A stretch of 64,000 nucleotides of DNA from Polyangiales bacterium (GTDB taxonomy: Bacteria; Myxococcota_A; Polyangia; Polyangiales; Polyangiaceae), in the NCBI GenBank assembly GCA_038231275.1, contig JBBRLQ010000009.1, positions 128,001-192,000 on the forward strand. Reading direction: 5' to 3'. Positions 27,185 through 37,981 of this stretch are shown here, piece by piece (positions within the stretch are counted from its first letter, which is position 1; each line of letters starts with the position of its first letter). The position numbers and the translations under genes were made by a program. The notes beneath the pieces are model-generated. The model did not search any database. It saw only the letters and a list, made by a program, of their open reading frames with translations, and was not told where the DNA came from.

Positions 27185-29970
27185 CGACGACGACGGCGGA
27201 GCGCGCCGAGCATCGCCAAGCCGCCGAAGCCCACGAACGCCCACGACGGGGTCCGCTTCGCGTCGACCGTGCGGCAGCCGCAGCCGCCGCTGTCGCCCGT
27301 GCCGCCGCTTCCGCCGTCGGCCGCCGCGTCCGAGCCAGGGTTCCCGGAGTCGCGTCCGCTGCCCGAATCGGTGCCGCCGCTGCTTCCGGAGTCGGCGGTG
27401 GAACCGGAGTCGTCACCGGAGCCGGAGTCGACGCCGCCGCTGCTCCCGGAGTCGTTGCCGGAGCCGGAGTCGTTGCCGGACCCCGAGTCTTTCCCGGCGT
27501 CGGCGCCCGAGTCGGAGCCCGCGTCGGAACCGGCGTCGGAACCGGCGTCGGGACCGGCGTCGGTGCCTCCGCCGCCGCAGACGTTCGCGGTGCCGCCGCC
27601 GCCGCAGGTCTGCGGTGCGGCGCACGCGGCGCCGCACGAGACGGTCCCTCCGCAGCCGTTGGGGATGGTCCCGCAGTTGTCGGGGGCGGGGCAGGTGGTG
27701 ATGGGCGTACAGCCGCAGACGTTCGCGGTGCCTCCGCCGCCGCAGGTCTGCGGTGCGGTGCACGCGGCGCCGCACGAGACCGTGCCGCCGCAGCCGTCAG
27801 GGATGGTCCCGCAGTTGTCGGGGGCAGGGCAGGTCGTGATCGGAACGCAGCCCGTGACCGACACGGTCGCCGTCGCGGCGTGGACTGCTGACGGGGCCTT
27901 GCCGATGACCGTGAAGGTCACCGGGCTCGCGGTCACCGGGGCGCCAGCCGCGGCCGTCAGGGTCAACGTCGAGGTCGCCCCGGCCGTCACGCTCGCAGGC
28001 AGGAACGCGCCGGCCACACCGGTCGGCAAATCCTGCACGTTGAGCGCGATGCTCTCGGCGACACCTTTGGTCGACGCCGTGGTCACCGTGAACGTGGTCG
28101 TCGCGCCCGGGGCGACGGTGCGGCTCGCGGGCGACAGCGAGATCGAGAAGTCGTTCGCGCCGCAGTTCGGGAACTTCGTGCTCGCGATGAACGTCCTCCA
28201 GTTCGAGGCGCTGTTCACCTGGTAGAGCTCCTGCGTGTACCAGAAGGTGCAGTCGTCGACCGGATCGACGGTCATGTTGCTGTAGTCGCCCCAGCGGCCC
28301 TGGGTCTGGTTGCCCGCGCCGGTGTCGATGACCGCTTCGGACTGGCCCATCGTTCCCGCGGGATCCGCCGCGGTGCGACCGGTCCACGCGATCGACGGGT
28401 TCGTCGTCGCGCTCGAGATCGAGTAGCCGAGCGCCATGTCTTGCGCCATGTCCTGCGCGAGGCTGCCCATCCAGCGCCAGTTCGCGTCGCTCGGCGCGTA
28501 GGTGCCTTGCTGGAAGAGGGTCGGAGTGCCGGCAGGCAACCGGATCTCGTACCAGCGGATGCCGCCAGTCGCGCCCGCCACGACCGAGTGATTGACCATC
28601 AACGCCTGATGCGTCCCGAAGTTGCGGTAGGTGAACCGGAACATCAGGCGGTCATCGAGCCCCGCGATCTTGGCGTTGCTCTTCTCGGGGACGCAGTCGG
28701 CGCCTTGGGTCGAGTAACAGGTGGGGGTGAAGTTCGCGACTTGGAGCGCGGTCGGGCCGGTGAGCTTGCTGTTCGACGGCGTCGTCCAATCCAGCTTGAG
28801 CGACCAGAGGTCCACCTGGTTGTAGGTTGGGCCGCACTGGCTGTAGTCGAACTGCATGAACCAGCCGGGCGCGCCGACCGGCGGGTGAATCTTGCCATCG
28901 AGGCTGATCGGCAGCGCGCCGCCAATCTGGAAGGGTTCGACCGGAGGCGGTCCGCCGTCCGTCGGGCACGCGGTCACCGCGGGGAACGGCTGGACGAAGC
29001 ACTGCTGCGCGGCCGGCTGGCCCGACAGCATCTTCACGCGATCGTAGGCGCAGAAGTCCGCGCCCTTGAAGTCGTAGCTCCCGGCGTTCGAGTCGAAGAT
29101 GTTAAACGTCGCGTAGTAGCCGTCCGGCCAGATGCCGAACTTGCCGTAGTCGTTGATCGAGTAGTTGTATTTGAAGTCGTAGAGCCAGTAGGCGCCGGTC
29201 GGGTCGGCGGTCTTCGAGACGGCGATGCACTGGTAGGACGGGCCGCCCGCCGTGTTGGCCCCGGGCAGCGAGAACTGGGTGATGAACCAGCGATCGGCGA
29301 GCTGGTCATAGACGACCACTGGATCGCCGTCGTTGTTCGTTCCGCAGCCGTTGCCGGCGTTGGTGCCGACGTAGCCGGTCCAGAGGTTGACGAGCGGTTT
29401 GCCCGCCGCGGCGACGGTGCCGTTCTTGTTCCAGATCTCGAGGTTCGTGTTGACGGTCTGGACGAAGTGGTTCGGGCCGACGGCGCCGTTGGTGTCCGGG
29501 GGATAGCCGCCGAACGCGGTGCCGCTTTGCCCCGAGAAGTTCAGGAGGGTCGCCGGCATGCTCGAGATCGGGACCTCGGTCTGGGCGATCGGGTCGACGG
29601 TCAGGCCGTGGAGCGGGAGGTACGTGCGCGGCGCCTTGAGCGGCCGGTGCTCGCGCCCCTCGTCCTCCTCCTCCCTGACCGGCACACTCGGTGCGGTCGC
29701 GAACGGCACCGAGCTCTCGGCGTGGGAGACTTGGATCGAAGGGTTCCCCTGCACCGCAGATCGCGACGTGTCGGCCGGTCCATAGCTCGGCGACCGCTCG
29801 CTCACCGCGCCGCGCGTCGGCGCCGTGGTCGCTACGCGATCTGCCTCCTGCGTCTTCCCGACGTCCGGCCCGTTCCCCTGCGAGCATGCAGCGGCCACCG
29901 ACACGACACCCAGCGCCACGAGCGCGAGCGCCCGACCTTTGGTCCCCGCCACGAACGAAAATCTACTCAC
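27154..29970 (-). CDS. Large exported protein with Ig-like domain, Cys-rich repeats and MYXO-CTERM sorting signal
   Basis: Signal/lipobox VAAAC; PPDTNGAVGPNH...RWGDYS core; Thr-rich Ig-like segment; two 46-aa Cys repeats; DAG/DSG linker; GGCGC-TM-RRRRR tail. Confidence 0.85.
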   Translation of the reverse strand: MSRFSFVAGTKGRALALVALGVVSVAAACSQGNGPDVGKTQEADRVATTAPTRGAVSERSPSYGPADTSRSAVQGNPSIQVSHAESSVPFATAPSVPVREEEDEGREHRPLKAPRTYLPLHGLTVDPIAQTEVPISSMPATLLNFSGQSGTAFGGYPPDTNGAVGPNHFVQTVNTNLEIWNKNGTVAAAGKPLVNLWTGYVGTNAGNGCGTNNDGDPVVVYDQLADRWFITQFSLPGANTAGGPSYQCIAVSKTADPTGAYWLYDFKYNYSINDYGKFGIWPDGYYATFNIFDSNAGSYDFKGADFCAYDRVKMLSGQPAAQQCFVQPFPAVTACPTDGGPPPVEPFQIGGALPISLDGKIHPPVGAPGWFMQFDYSQCGPTYNQVDLWSLKLDWTTPSNSKLTGPTALQVANFTPTCYSTQGADCVPEKSNAKIAGLDDRLMFRFTYRNFGTHQALMVNHSVVAGATGGIRWYEIRLPAGTPTLFQQGTYAPSDANWRWMGSLAQDMAQDMALGYSISSATTNPSIAWTGRTAADPAGTMGQSEAVIDTGAGNQTQGRWGDYSNMTVDPVDDCTFWYTQELYQVNSASNWRTFIASTKFPNCGANDFSISLSPASRTVAPGATTTFTVTTASTKGVAESIALNVQDLPTGVAGAFLPASVTAGATSTLTLTAAAGAPVTASPVTFTVIGKAPSAVHAATATVSVTGCVPITTCPAPDNCGTIPDGCGGTVSCGAACTAPQTCGGGGTANVCGCTPITTCPAPDNCGTIPNGCGGTVSCGAACAAPQTCGGGGTANVCGGGGTDAGPDAGSDAGSDAGSDSGADAGKDSGSGNDSGSGNDSGSSGGVDSGSGDDSGSTADSGSSGGTDSGSGRDSGNPGSDAAADGGSGGTGDSGGCGCRTVDAKRTPSWAFVGFGGLAMLGALRRRRRQNAGTRRAS
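27575..27850. repeat. Intragenic tandem duplication, 138-nt period, 2 copies
   Basis: CCGCAGACGTTCGCGGTG... at 27575 and 27713. Confidence 0.9.
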
Positions 29971-30125
29971 GATGAACCTCTTGGGAAGACGCGGCCAACT
30001 CCCGCGCGCGCGTACTCTGCAGCAACCCCACCTCAACCGCAACGCCCCCGCCCATCTCCCCCCCCAAAATTCCCCTATTTCCCTGCCCATGCTTGCTCGC
30101 CCCCCGTCGCCCCCCGTCGCCCCCC

Positions 30126-30217
30126 TCGCGCCCTGCGCGAGTGCGCCAAAGGCGCCGCAGGGGAGGCTCGCCGCCCTCCGGCGGCGAGGGGGCACGCAGT
30201 GCCCCACCAAACAAAGG
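30126..30217 (-). repeat. Structured dispersed element, copy 2
   Basis: Reverse complement aligns to 11041-11129. Confidence 0.7.
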
Positions 30218-30225
30218 AAACCCCA

Positions 30226-30274
30226 CCCGCTGCATGGGTTCGTTCGCAAAGGCGAACGAACCCCATGCAGCGGG
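30226..30274. repeat. 22-bp stem-loop with one bulged base
   Basis: CCCGCTGCATGGGTTCGTTCGC-AAAG-GCGAACGAA(C)CCCATGCAGCGGG. Confidence 0.85.
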
Positions 30275-30403
30275 ATGGAGTGCGATGGAGTGCGAGCCAG
30301 TGCGAGCAAAATGAGCCCACAGATCGACAAACGAAATTAACTTTGGTTGAAGTGGTGGCTCGTCCGCCGCGCACGATCGCACGGCGGACTTGGATCGGAC
30401 TCG

Positions 30404-32782
30404 ATGCTGCAAGGGATCTCCGCTTCTCACGCGACGTCGCGTGGACCTTTCGTTCCTCACATTCGCCTCTTCGCCGAGCCGGTGCTCGTCGCGAGCAGGA
30501 GTGGCCTCTCGAACGACTACGACGAGATGGTCGCGCCGCTGATCGAGCTCTCGTTCGACTACGGCGGCACCCGCGTCCGCGCGAGCGACGAGCGTCAGCG
30601 CATCTTCAAGCCGGAGGGCGGCTCGCTCGTCCACGTCGATCGCGACGCGGCGGGGGAGGCTGGCGCCCGGCGGCTCCTCGAGCGCCTCGGCGCGCTGGAG
30701 CTCGCGTGCTTCGACGATCTCGCGGCGCCGCCCGGCTGCGACGCCGAGTACGTGGTGCGCATCGACGCCGGTTCGCACGCGTTCTGCGCGTTCACGACGC
30801 ACGCGCTCCCTCAGCTGCGCGCGGCAGGATTCCAGATCGACATCGATCCCGAGTTCCCGTTCCGCGTCGCGCCCGCCGACGCGCCGTGGTTCGCGAAGGT
30901 CTCCCCCGACGACGAGCTCCCCGGCTGGTTCAGCCTGGAGCTCGGCATCGAGGTCGACGGCGTGCAGGTCGATCTTCTCCCCCTGATCGTCGAGCTCCTC
31001 GACGATGCCGACGAGGCCGACGGCCTGCGTGCGCTCTCCCGTCGCTTCCGCTCGTCGTACGCGCTCAAAGTCGACGCCACGCACCACGTCAGCGTCACAC
31101 CCGACCGCCTGCGGGCGCTCCTCCACGTTGTCATCGAGCTCTATCAAGGCATCAAGCAGAAGAAGCACGCGAAGGCCGCGAAGATCTCGTTCCCCGCCGT
31201 GCGTGCGTCGGCGCTCGCCAAGCTCGACGCCGCGTTCAAGAGCCAGGGCACGCCGCTCGCGTGGCAAGACCCCGCGCGCCTCACCGATCGCGCGCGCGCG
31301 CTCACGTCGCGTCCTGCCGCCGCGCCGCCGCCCGCCCTGCTTCAGGCCACGCTGCGCCCCTACCAGGCCGAGGGGGTCGCGTTTCTCCAGCACCTCGTAG
31401 ACGAGGAGGTGGGCGGCGTGCTCGCCGACGACATGGGGCTCGGCAAGACGCTCCAGACGATCGCGCACCTCGTCACCGAGAAGGCGGCGGGTCGCCTCAC
31501 GTCACCGGCGCTGATCGTCGCGCCCACGAGCCTCGTCGGCAATTGGGCGCGCGAGCTCGAACGCTTCGCGCCGCACCTCACGGTCACGATCCTCCACGGC
31601 ACCGCCCGCCACGGAAGGCGCGCGCACATCGCAGAGAGCGACGTCGTCATCACCACCTACCCGCTGCTCGTACGCGACGAGGATCTCTTCGCCGGCAACA
31701 CGTTCCACATCCTCGTCATGGACGAGGCGCAGGCGATCAAGAACACGCGCAGCCAGGTGCACCGCGCGATCAAGGGCGTGCCGGCGAAGCACCGCCTGGC
31801 GCTGAGCGGCACTCCTGTCGAAAATAACCTGAGCGAGCTCTGGGCGCTCTTCGACGTCTTGAACCCTGGCCTCCTCGGCGACGAGCTCGCGTTCGTGCGC
31901 TGGTACCGAAAGCCGATCGAGCAGCTCCGCGACGAAGAGCGCCTCACCGCGCTGCGCGATCTCGTCGCGCCCTACATCTTGCGCCGCGTGAAGCGCGACG
32001 TCGCGAAGGAGCTGCCGCCCAAGACCGAGCTGTTCCACCGCGTCGAGCTTTCTGGAAAGCAGCGCGATCTCTACGAGCACATCCGCGTCGCCGCGCACGC
32101 CGACGTGCGCAAGGTGATCCGCGGCAAGGGACTCGCCGCGTCCACGATCGCGATCCTCGACGCGCTGATGAAGCTGCGTCAGGTCTGTTGCGATCCGCGC
32201 CTCGTTGCGATGGACGCCGCGAAGAGCGTGAAGGAGTCGGCGAAGTACGACGCGCTCTTCGAGCTCTTGGACACGCAGCTCGCCCAAGGCCACCGCGTGC
32301 TCCTCTTCTCGCAGTTCACGAGCATGCTCGCGCTCGTCGCCGAGGGCCTGCGCGAGCGGCAGGTGGAGCACCTTGTCCTGACCGGAGCCACCAAGGATCG
32401 TCAGGCCCGCGTCGATGCGTTCGAGCGCGGCGAGGCCGACGTCTTCCTCATCAGCCTGAAGGCAGGCGGCACGGGGCTGAACCTCACGAGCGCGGACACC
32501 GTCATCCACTACGATCCGTGGTGGAACCCCGCGGCGCAGGCGCAGGCGACCGATCGCGCGCACCGCATCGGGCAGAGTCGCCCCGTCTTCGTCTACAACC
32601 TGTTCGTCGCGGGCAGCGTCGAGGAGCGCGTCGTGCGGCTCCAACAAAAGAAGCGCTGGCTCTCGGCGACGCTCCTCGGCGACGAGGGCGCGTCGAGCAG
32701 CATCAGCGAGCAGGACGTCGACGCGCTCTTCGCGCCGCTCGACGAAGAGGGGCCGCCTCCGAGCTCACGCCGCGCGCGCTGA
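30404..32782 (+). CDS. SNF2/SWI2-family helicase
   Basis: LRPYQ, LADDMGLGKT, DEAQ, LSGTPVEN, LFSQF, SLKAGGTGLNL, DPWWNP, QATDRAHRIGQ. Confidence 0.95.
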   Translation: MLQGISASHATSRGPFVPHIRLFAEPVLVASRSGLSNDYDEMVAPLIELSFDYGGTRVRASDERQRIFKPEGGSLVHVDRDAAGEAGARRLLERLGALELACFDDLAAPPGCDAEYVVRIDAGSHAFCAFTTHALPQLRAAGFQIDIDPEFPFRVAPADAPWFAKVSPDDELPGWFSLELGIEVDGVQVDLLPLIVELLDDADEADGLRALSRRFRSSYALKVDATHHVSVTPDRLRALLHVVIELYQGIKQKKHAKAAKISFPAVRASALAKLDAAFKSQGTPLAWQDPARLTDRARALTSRPAAAPPPALLQATLRPYQAEGVAFLQHLVDEEVGGVLADDMGLGKTLQTIAHLVTEKAAGRLTSPALIVAPTSLVGNWARELERFAPHLTVTILHGTARHGRRAHIAESDVVITTYPLLVRDEDLFAGNTFHILVMDEAQAIKNTRSQVHRAIKGVPAKHRLALSGTPVENNLSELWALFDVLNPGLLGDELAFVRWYRKPIEQLRDEERLTALRDLVAPYILRRVKRDVAKELPPKTELFHRVELSGKQRDLYEHIRVAAHADVRKVIRGKGLAASTIAILDALMKLRQVCCDPRLVAMDAAKSVKESAKYDALFELLDTQLAQGHRVLLFSQFTSMLALVAEGLRERQVEHLVLTGATKDRQARVDAFERGEADVFLISLKAGGTGLNLTSADTVIHYDPWWNPAAQAQATDRAHRIGQSRPVFVYNLFVAGSVEERVVRLQQKKRWLSATLLGDEGASSSISEQDVDALFAPLDEEGPPPSSRRAR

Positions 32783-32804
32783 GGCGCCGCGCCACCACGT
32801 CGTC

Positions 32805-33044
32805 TCAATCGAGCGCTTCGGCGAGATCTTCGGCGTACGCCGCCATGCACTTCGGGGGAGTATCCCCGTAGCCGTGCGCATCCCAGAGGTCGACGAGGCG
32901 GCTCCAGTCGTCGGCGCCCTCGAGCTCCGGTCGCGCGCGCTCGACGCGGTGGATGCCGCTGGGACGGTGCTCGTCTTGGCCCGTTTGCTCCCCTGTACGC
33001 GCGTTCGTGGGGAGCTCGACGGTGGGTGCTGCGGGCGACGCCAT
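32805..33044 (-). CDS. Small acidic hypothetical protein (79 aa)
   Basis: ATG 33044 lies directly downstream of a strong sigma54-type promoter and fills the intergenic gap. Confidence 0.5.
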   Translation of the reverse strand: MASPAAPTVELPTNARTGEQTGQDEHRPSGIHRVERARPELEGADDWSRLVDLWDAHGYGDTPPKCMAAYAEDLAEALD

Positions 33045-33056
33045 GACGAAAAAGCT

Positions 33057-33072
33057 TGCAACCCACGGGCCA
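33057..33072 (-). promoter_or_regulatory. sigma54 (-24/-12) promoter
   Basis: TGGCCCG-TGGG-TTGCA on the minus strand; palindrome GTGCGC-N5-GCGCAC upstream at 33104-33120. Confidence 0.7.
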
Positions 33073-33217
33073 CCTGAAAAATCGCAAGTTTCGATGGGGG
33101 TCCGTGCGCAAACCGCGCACGTTAGGCACCCTCGCGCGCAGGCACCGTCGACAACCCGTCGCACTGCCGTTGGCGCGCCGACACCGGGCCTATGTGGGGT
33201 GGACGGTGGCCGTCCGA

Positions 33218-34930
33218 TTAGTCGGCGCGAGCGGAGGGTGCCATCGAGGGCGCGCTCGGCCGTGGTGGAGCGGCCGTGCTCACGGCGGATGCGGATGGGG
33301 ACGCGGACGGCGTGATCGGGGGGACCGACGTGACAGATGTGACTGGGATCACGGAAGGTGGACCCGCGCTCGGTGGAGCGACCGCGGAGGGAACCGACGG
33401 CGCGCGTTGAACCGGCACCCTCAGCTCGAAGGCGAGGCGCGCAGCGAACGCGAGCACGATGGCGGCGACGAGAACGATCGCCACGATCAGCACGCGCTGG
33501 CGCGCCACCTCGCCCGCGTCCGTCGGCTCCGCGCGCGACGGGTACGCCTGCGGCGGTCCGATCTCCGGCAGGCTCGGCTGCGGCGCACGCGGGGGCGGCG
33601 GTCCCTGAGGTCCCGCCCCTGCCGCGCGCGCCGTAACCTGGGCGACGAGCTGCGCGATGTTCGCGATGCGCTCGGTCCGGAGCACGCCTTCGCCGAAATG
33701 CGCCGGGGCCTTCGGTTGCGACGCCGGCGTAGGCGCGGTGGGGTGCGGTCGTGGAGGCGCGGCCTTCGCCGGCGGCGGTCCAGGACCCGCGGTCGACATG
33801 TTCGGGGCGCCGGCCGTGCGCTCCGTCGTGTCGGTGAGCGCGATCGTCCGGTCAGACCGCGGCGGCGGCTCGGTAGGCGGCAACGCCAACGTTCGATCGC
33901 TGCTCTCGGGATGCGACGACGGCGTCGGCTCGGGCGGCACGTCGGACGCGAACCACGGGCGCGCGTTCTGGTATTGCGTCTTGTCCCCTTCGGCGAGCAC
34001 GTCGTCGTCGAGCTGCGGAATGCCGCTCTCGCCGGTCCGGGTGTGCGGCGACGTCCGCGCGAGCGAGATCGCCGCGTAGGCGCGACGCAGCGCCGTCTGC
34101 ATCGCGCCGGCGTCGGGCCAGCGATCTGTCTTCTCGAGCTTGAGCGACCGATCGATCACGTCGACGAGCTGGACCGGGACCCACGGCGCCGCGACCGCCA
34201 GCGAACGCGCCTGCTTGGTCGACGTCGCGATGATGTGATCACGCAGCGTCGACGCCAGGTGCACGGCCTCGCCGGACAAGAGGAAGAAGAGGGTGGACCC
34301 GACGCTCCACAGATCCGACCGCCCGTCGATCTCGTCGGGGTGCCCGCCCATCTGCTCCGGCGCCATGAAATCCGGCGTCCCGAGCATCAGGCCCACGCCG
34401 GTCTTGTCGCCCCCCGCGCGGCGCATCTGCGCGACGCCGAAGTCGAGGACCTTGACCTCACCCTGATCGGTGAGAAACACGTTCTCGGGCTTCACGTCCC
34501 TGTGCACGATTCCGTGCTGGTGGGCCGACGCGAGGACGTCGAGGAGCTTGTCGGCGACGGTGAAGACCTCGTCTACGGGCAATCGCCCGCCGAGCCGCCG
34601 CCGGCGCGCTTCCAGCGACTCGCCCTCCAGGAGCTCCATCACGAGGAAGACGCTGCCCTCGCTGGAGTCGTCGTCGAGGACCTTCACGGCGCCGGCGTGA
34701 CCGACCGCGTTGGAGACGTATCCCTCTCGCAGGAAGCGCGCCCGCACCTCGGGGTCGCGTGCGAAGGAGCTGCGGAGGAGCTTGATGGCGACGCGGTTGC
34801 CGTTGCGGTGCGTCGCGGAGTAGACCGTCGCCATTCCACCCGCGCCCAGACGAGCGTCGATCCGCCATTTCCCGCTCAGGGTCTGGCCGACGAGTGGCGA
34901 GTGCTCCGAATCTTCGTCTCGCGCTTGCAC
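33218..34930 (-). CDS. Ser/Thr protein kinase with Pro-rich linker and TM segment
   Basis: LGAGGMATVY, VAIK, HRDVKPEN, DFG, FMAPE; start approximate. Confidence 0.95.
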   Translation of the reverse strand: MQARDEDSEHSPLVGQTLSGKWRIDARLGAGGMATVYSATHRNGNRVAIKLLRSSFARDPEVRARFLREGYVSNAVGHAGAVKVLDDDSSEGSVFLVMELLEGESLEARRRRLGGRLPVDEVFTVADKLLDVLASAHQHGIVHRDVKPENVFLTDQGEVKVLDFGVAQMRRAGGDKTGVGLMLGTPDFMAPEQMGGHPDEIDGRSDLWSVGSTLFFLLSGEAVHLASTLRDHIIATSTKQARSLAVAAPWVPVQLVDVIDRSLKLEKTDRWPDAGAMQTALRRAYAAISLARTSPHTRTGESGIPQLDDDVLAEGDKTQYQNARPWFASDVPPEPTPSSHPESSDRTLALPPTEPPPRSDRTIALTDTTERTAGAPNMSTAGPGPPPAKAAPPRPHPTAPTPASQPKAPAHFGEGVLRTERIANIAQLVAQVTARAAGAGPQGPPPPRAPQPSLPEIGPPQAYPSRAEPTDAGEVARQRVLIVAIVLVAAIVLAFAARLAFELRVPVQRAPSVPSAVAPPSAGPPSVIPVTSVTSVPPITPSASPSASAVSTAAPPRPSAPSMAPSARAD

Positions 34931-35141
34931 GGTCCCCCAGAGAGGCTTCCTGCTTACGTCAACCTTCACGACTTTATAGAACAAACCGCAACGCGGCCAG
35001 GAAGAGCTGAAGCGCCGCGTCCAAGCGTGAGACCGCCGCGGACATTTCGCGAGAGGTCGGCAGGTGTCCCCGGACACCCCCGTCCATGTCGCGGACACCC
35101 GGGTGCGGCCCGAAGCGTCGGAAAAATGGGCATTTGTGCGC

Positions 35142-35157
35142 TGGCACGCGCCTGGCT
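35142..35157 (+). promoter_or_regulatory. sigma54 (-24/-12) promoter upstream of comM-recA
   Basis: TGGCACG-CGCC-TGGCT with GG-N10-GC spacing; palindrome GGTGTCC-CC-GGACACC at 35063-35078. Confidence 0.6.
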
Positions 35158-35169
35158 CTAGCGGTGACC

Positions 35170-36720
35170 ATGCTCGCCACCGCGCTCGCCACCACGCTCA
35201 TCGGTCTCGACGCCCAGCTCGTTCGCGTCGAGGTGGAGGTGCTTCGCGGCGTCCCTCGCTTCGAGCTCGTGGGCCTCGCGGAGGCGGCGGTGCGAGAGAG
35301 CCGCGTGCGGGTGAAGAGCGCTCTCGCCAACGTCGGCGTGGATCTCGGCGAGTACCAGATCGTCATCAACCTCGCGCCGGCGGACGTGAAGAAGACGGGG
35401 AGCGCCTTCGATCTCGCGATCGCGGCGGCGACCATGGCGGCCGTCGGCGCGGTGCCCACGGAGGCGCTCGCGGGCGTGCTCTTTCTAGGGGAGCTCTCGC
35501 TGAACGGCGCGGTCCAACCCGTGCGCGGCGTCCTCCCCCAGCTCCTCGGCGCGCGGGCGCGAGGGTGCAAGCGCGCGGTCGTCCCACGCGCGAACGAAGG
35601 AGAGTGCGCGCTCGTGGAGGACGTGGACGTCCGGACGGCGGCCACCCTCGACGAGCTCGTTCGCGCGCTTCGCGGCAAGGAGAAGCTTCCACGCGCCGCC
35701 GCGCCGCCTCCCGACGATCCGCTCGCGGACGCAGACGATCTATCCGAGGTGCGCGGTCAAGGAGGGGCGCGGCGCGCGATCGAAATCGCCGCCGCGGGCG
35801 GCCACAACCTCCTCATGATCGGCCCACCGGGCTCGGGCAAGACGATGCTCGCGCGCCGCCTCCCGGGGCTGCTCCCGCCGCTCTCCAAGGAAGAAGCGCT
35901 GGAGGTCACCGCCATCCACAGCATCGCCGGCCTCCTCGGGCGCACGCGCGGCCTCTCCCGCCAGCGGCCGTTTCGCGCGCCGCACCACACGGTCAGTGAG
36001 ATCGGCCTCGTCGGCGGCGGCGGGGAGGTCGCGCGTCCGGGCGAGGTGAGTCTGGCGCATCAAGGAGTCCTCTTCCTCGACGAGCTGGCCGAGTTCCGGC
36101 GCTCCGCGCTCGAGGCGCTGCGCCAGCCGATGGAGGACGGCGTGGTCACCATCTCGCGCGCGCATGTGAAGGCCACGTTCCCCGCGCGTCCGCTCCTCGC
36201 GTGCGCGATGAACCCGTGCCCCTGCGGCTACCGCGGGGACGGCACGCGCCGCTGCGCTTGCACGCCCGAACGAATCCGCGGGTACCGCTCGCGCCTCAGC
36301 GGTCCGCTCCTCGATCGCATCGACGTGCACGTCGTCCTACCTCCCGTCGTCGTGAACGATCTCCAGAGCAACGACGCCGGCGAATCCAGCGCCTCTGTTC
36401 GCGAGCGCGTGGCGCGTGCGCGCGCGATTCAGGGAGATCGACGTGCACGTCGCGAGGTCGGCGCGAGCACCAACGCGGCGCTTCGACCCCGCGACCTCGA
36501 GCGCGTCGCTGCCCTCTGCGACGGTGGCCGCAGGCTCTTGTCCACCGCCGTCGAGCGCCTCGCGCTCTCTGCGCGCGCGTACGGCAAGGTGCTCCGCGTC
36601 GCGCGCACGATCGCCGATCTCGACGGCGCAAACGCGATCGCGCCGGCCCACCTCGCGGAGGCGATTGGCGCGCGCGTCCTCGATCGCGCCGGCGGCGACG
36701 CCAATCAAGACGCGGCCTGA
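35170..36720 (+). CDS. comM: YifB/ComM Mg-chelatase-like AAA+ ATPase
   Basis: [72 protein letters not shown]. Confidence 0.95.
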   Translation: MLATALATTLIGLDAQLVRVEVEVLRGVPRFELVGLAEAAVRESRVRVKSALANVGVDLGEYQIVINLAPADVKKTGSAFDLAIAAATMAAVGAVPTEALAGVLFLGELSLNGAVQPVRGVLPQLLGARARGCKRAVVPRANEGECALVEDVDVRTAATLDELVRALRGKEKLPRAAAPPPDDPLADADDLSEVRGQGGARRAIEIAAAGGHNLLMIGPPGSGKTMLARRLPGLLPPLSKEEALEVTAIHSIAGLLGRTRGLSRQRPFRAPHHTVSEIGLVGGGGEVARPGEVSLAHQGVLFLDELAEFRRSALEALRQPMEDGVVTISRAHVKATFPARPLLACAMNPCPCGYRGDGTRRCACTPERIRGYRSRLSGPLLDRIDVHVVLPPVVVNDLQSNDAGESSASVRERVARARAIQGDRRARREVGASTNAALRPRDLERVAALCDGGRRLLSTAVERLALSARAYGKVLRVARTIADLDGANAIAPAHLAEAIGARVLDRAGGDANQDAA

Positions 36721-36803
36721 CCCGCGCGTCCCAGCACCACGCACGCGGAGGCGCCCCCGACCCTCCGCGCGTTCACCGTTCGGGGACCGAAGGAGACGAG
36801 ACC

Positions 36804-37832
<1,029 letters not shown>

Positions 37833-37845
37833 ACGAAATCGCACA

Positions 37846-37885
37846 GACCGGCGCGCGCGGCGGGCGGGTCTCGCCGCGCGCGTCG
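37846..37885. terminator. GC-rich hairpin downstream of recA, between convergent genes
   Basis: CCGGCGCGCGCGGCGGG-N5-CTCGCCGCGCGCGTCGG; no U-tract. Confidence 0.4.
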
Positions 37886-37981
37886 GGCGACGCCTTCCGA
37901 AGGACATCGACCGCCACTGGGGCGCCTCGACCGTCGCGCGATCGACGGACCGCGGAGATTGCCCACTCGGTTCCCGCCAAG

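Noticed and set aside
27300..27850. Possible CRISPR-like repeats (also 62460-62780)
   Set aside because: In-frame coding repeats with no unique spacers and no cas genes
30025..30125. G-quadruplex or i-motif interpretation of the C/G runs
   Set aside because: More simply explained as low-quality sequence next to strong hairpins; cannot be judged without reads
28441..31827. 1128-aa plus-strand ORF
   Set aside because: Crosses two well-supported genes and an intergenic region; stop-codon scarcity in high-GC DNA explains it
36721..36803. SOS/LexA box upstream of recA
   Set aside because: Only a partial GTTCA match; no convincing operator
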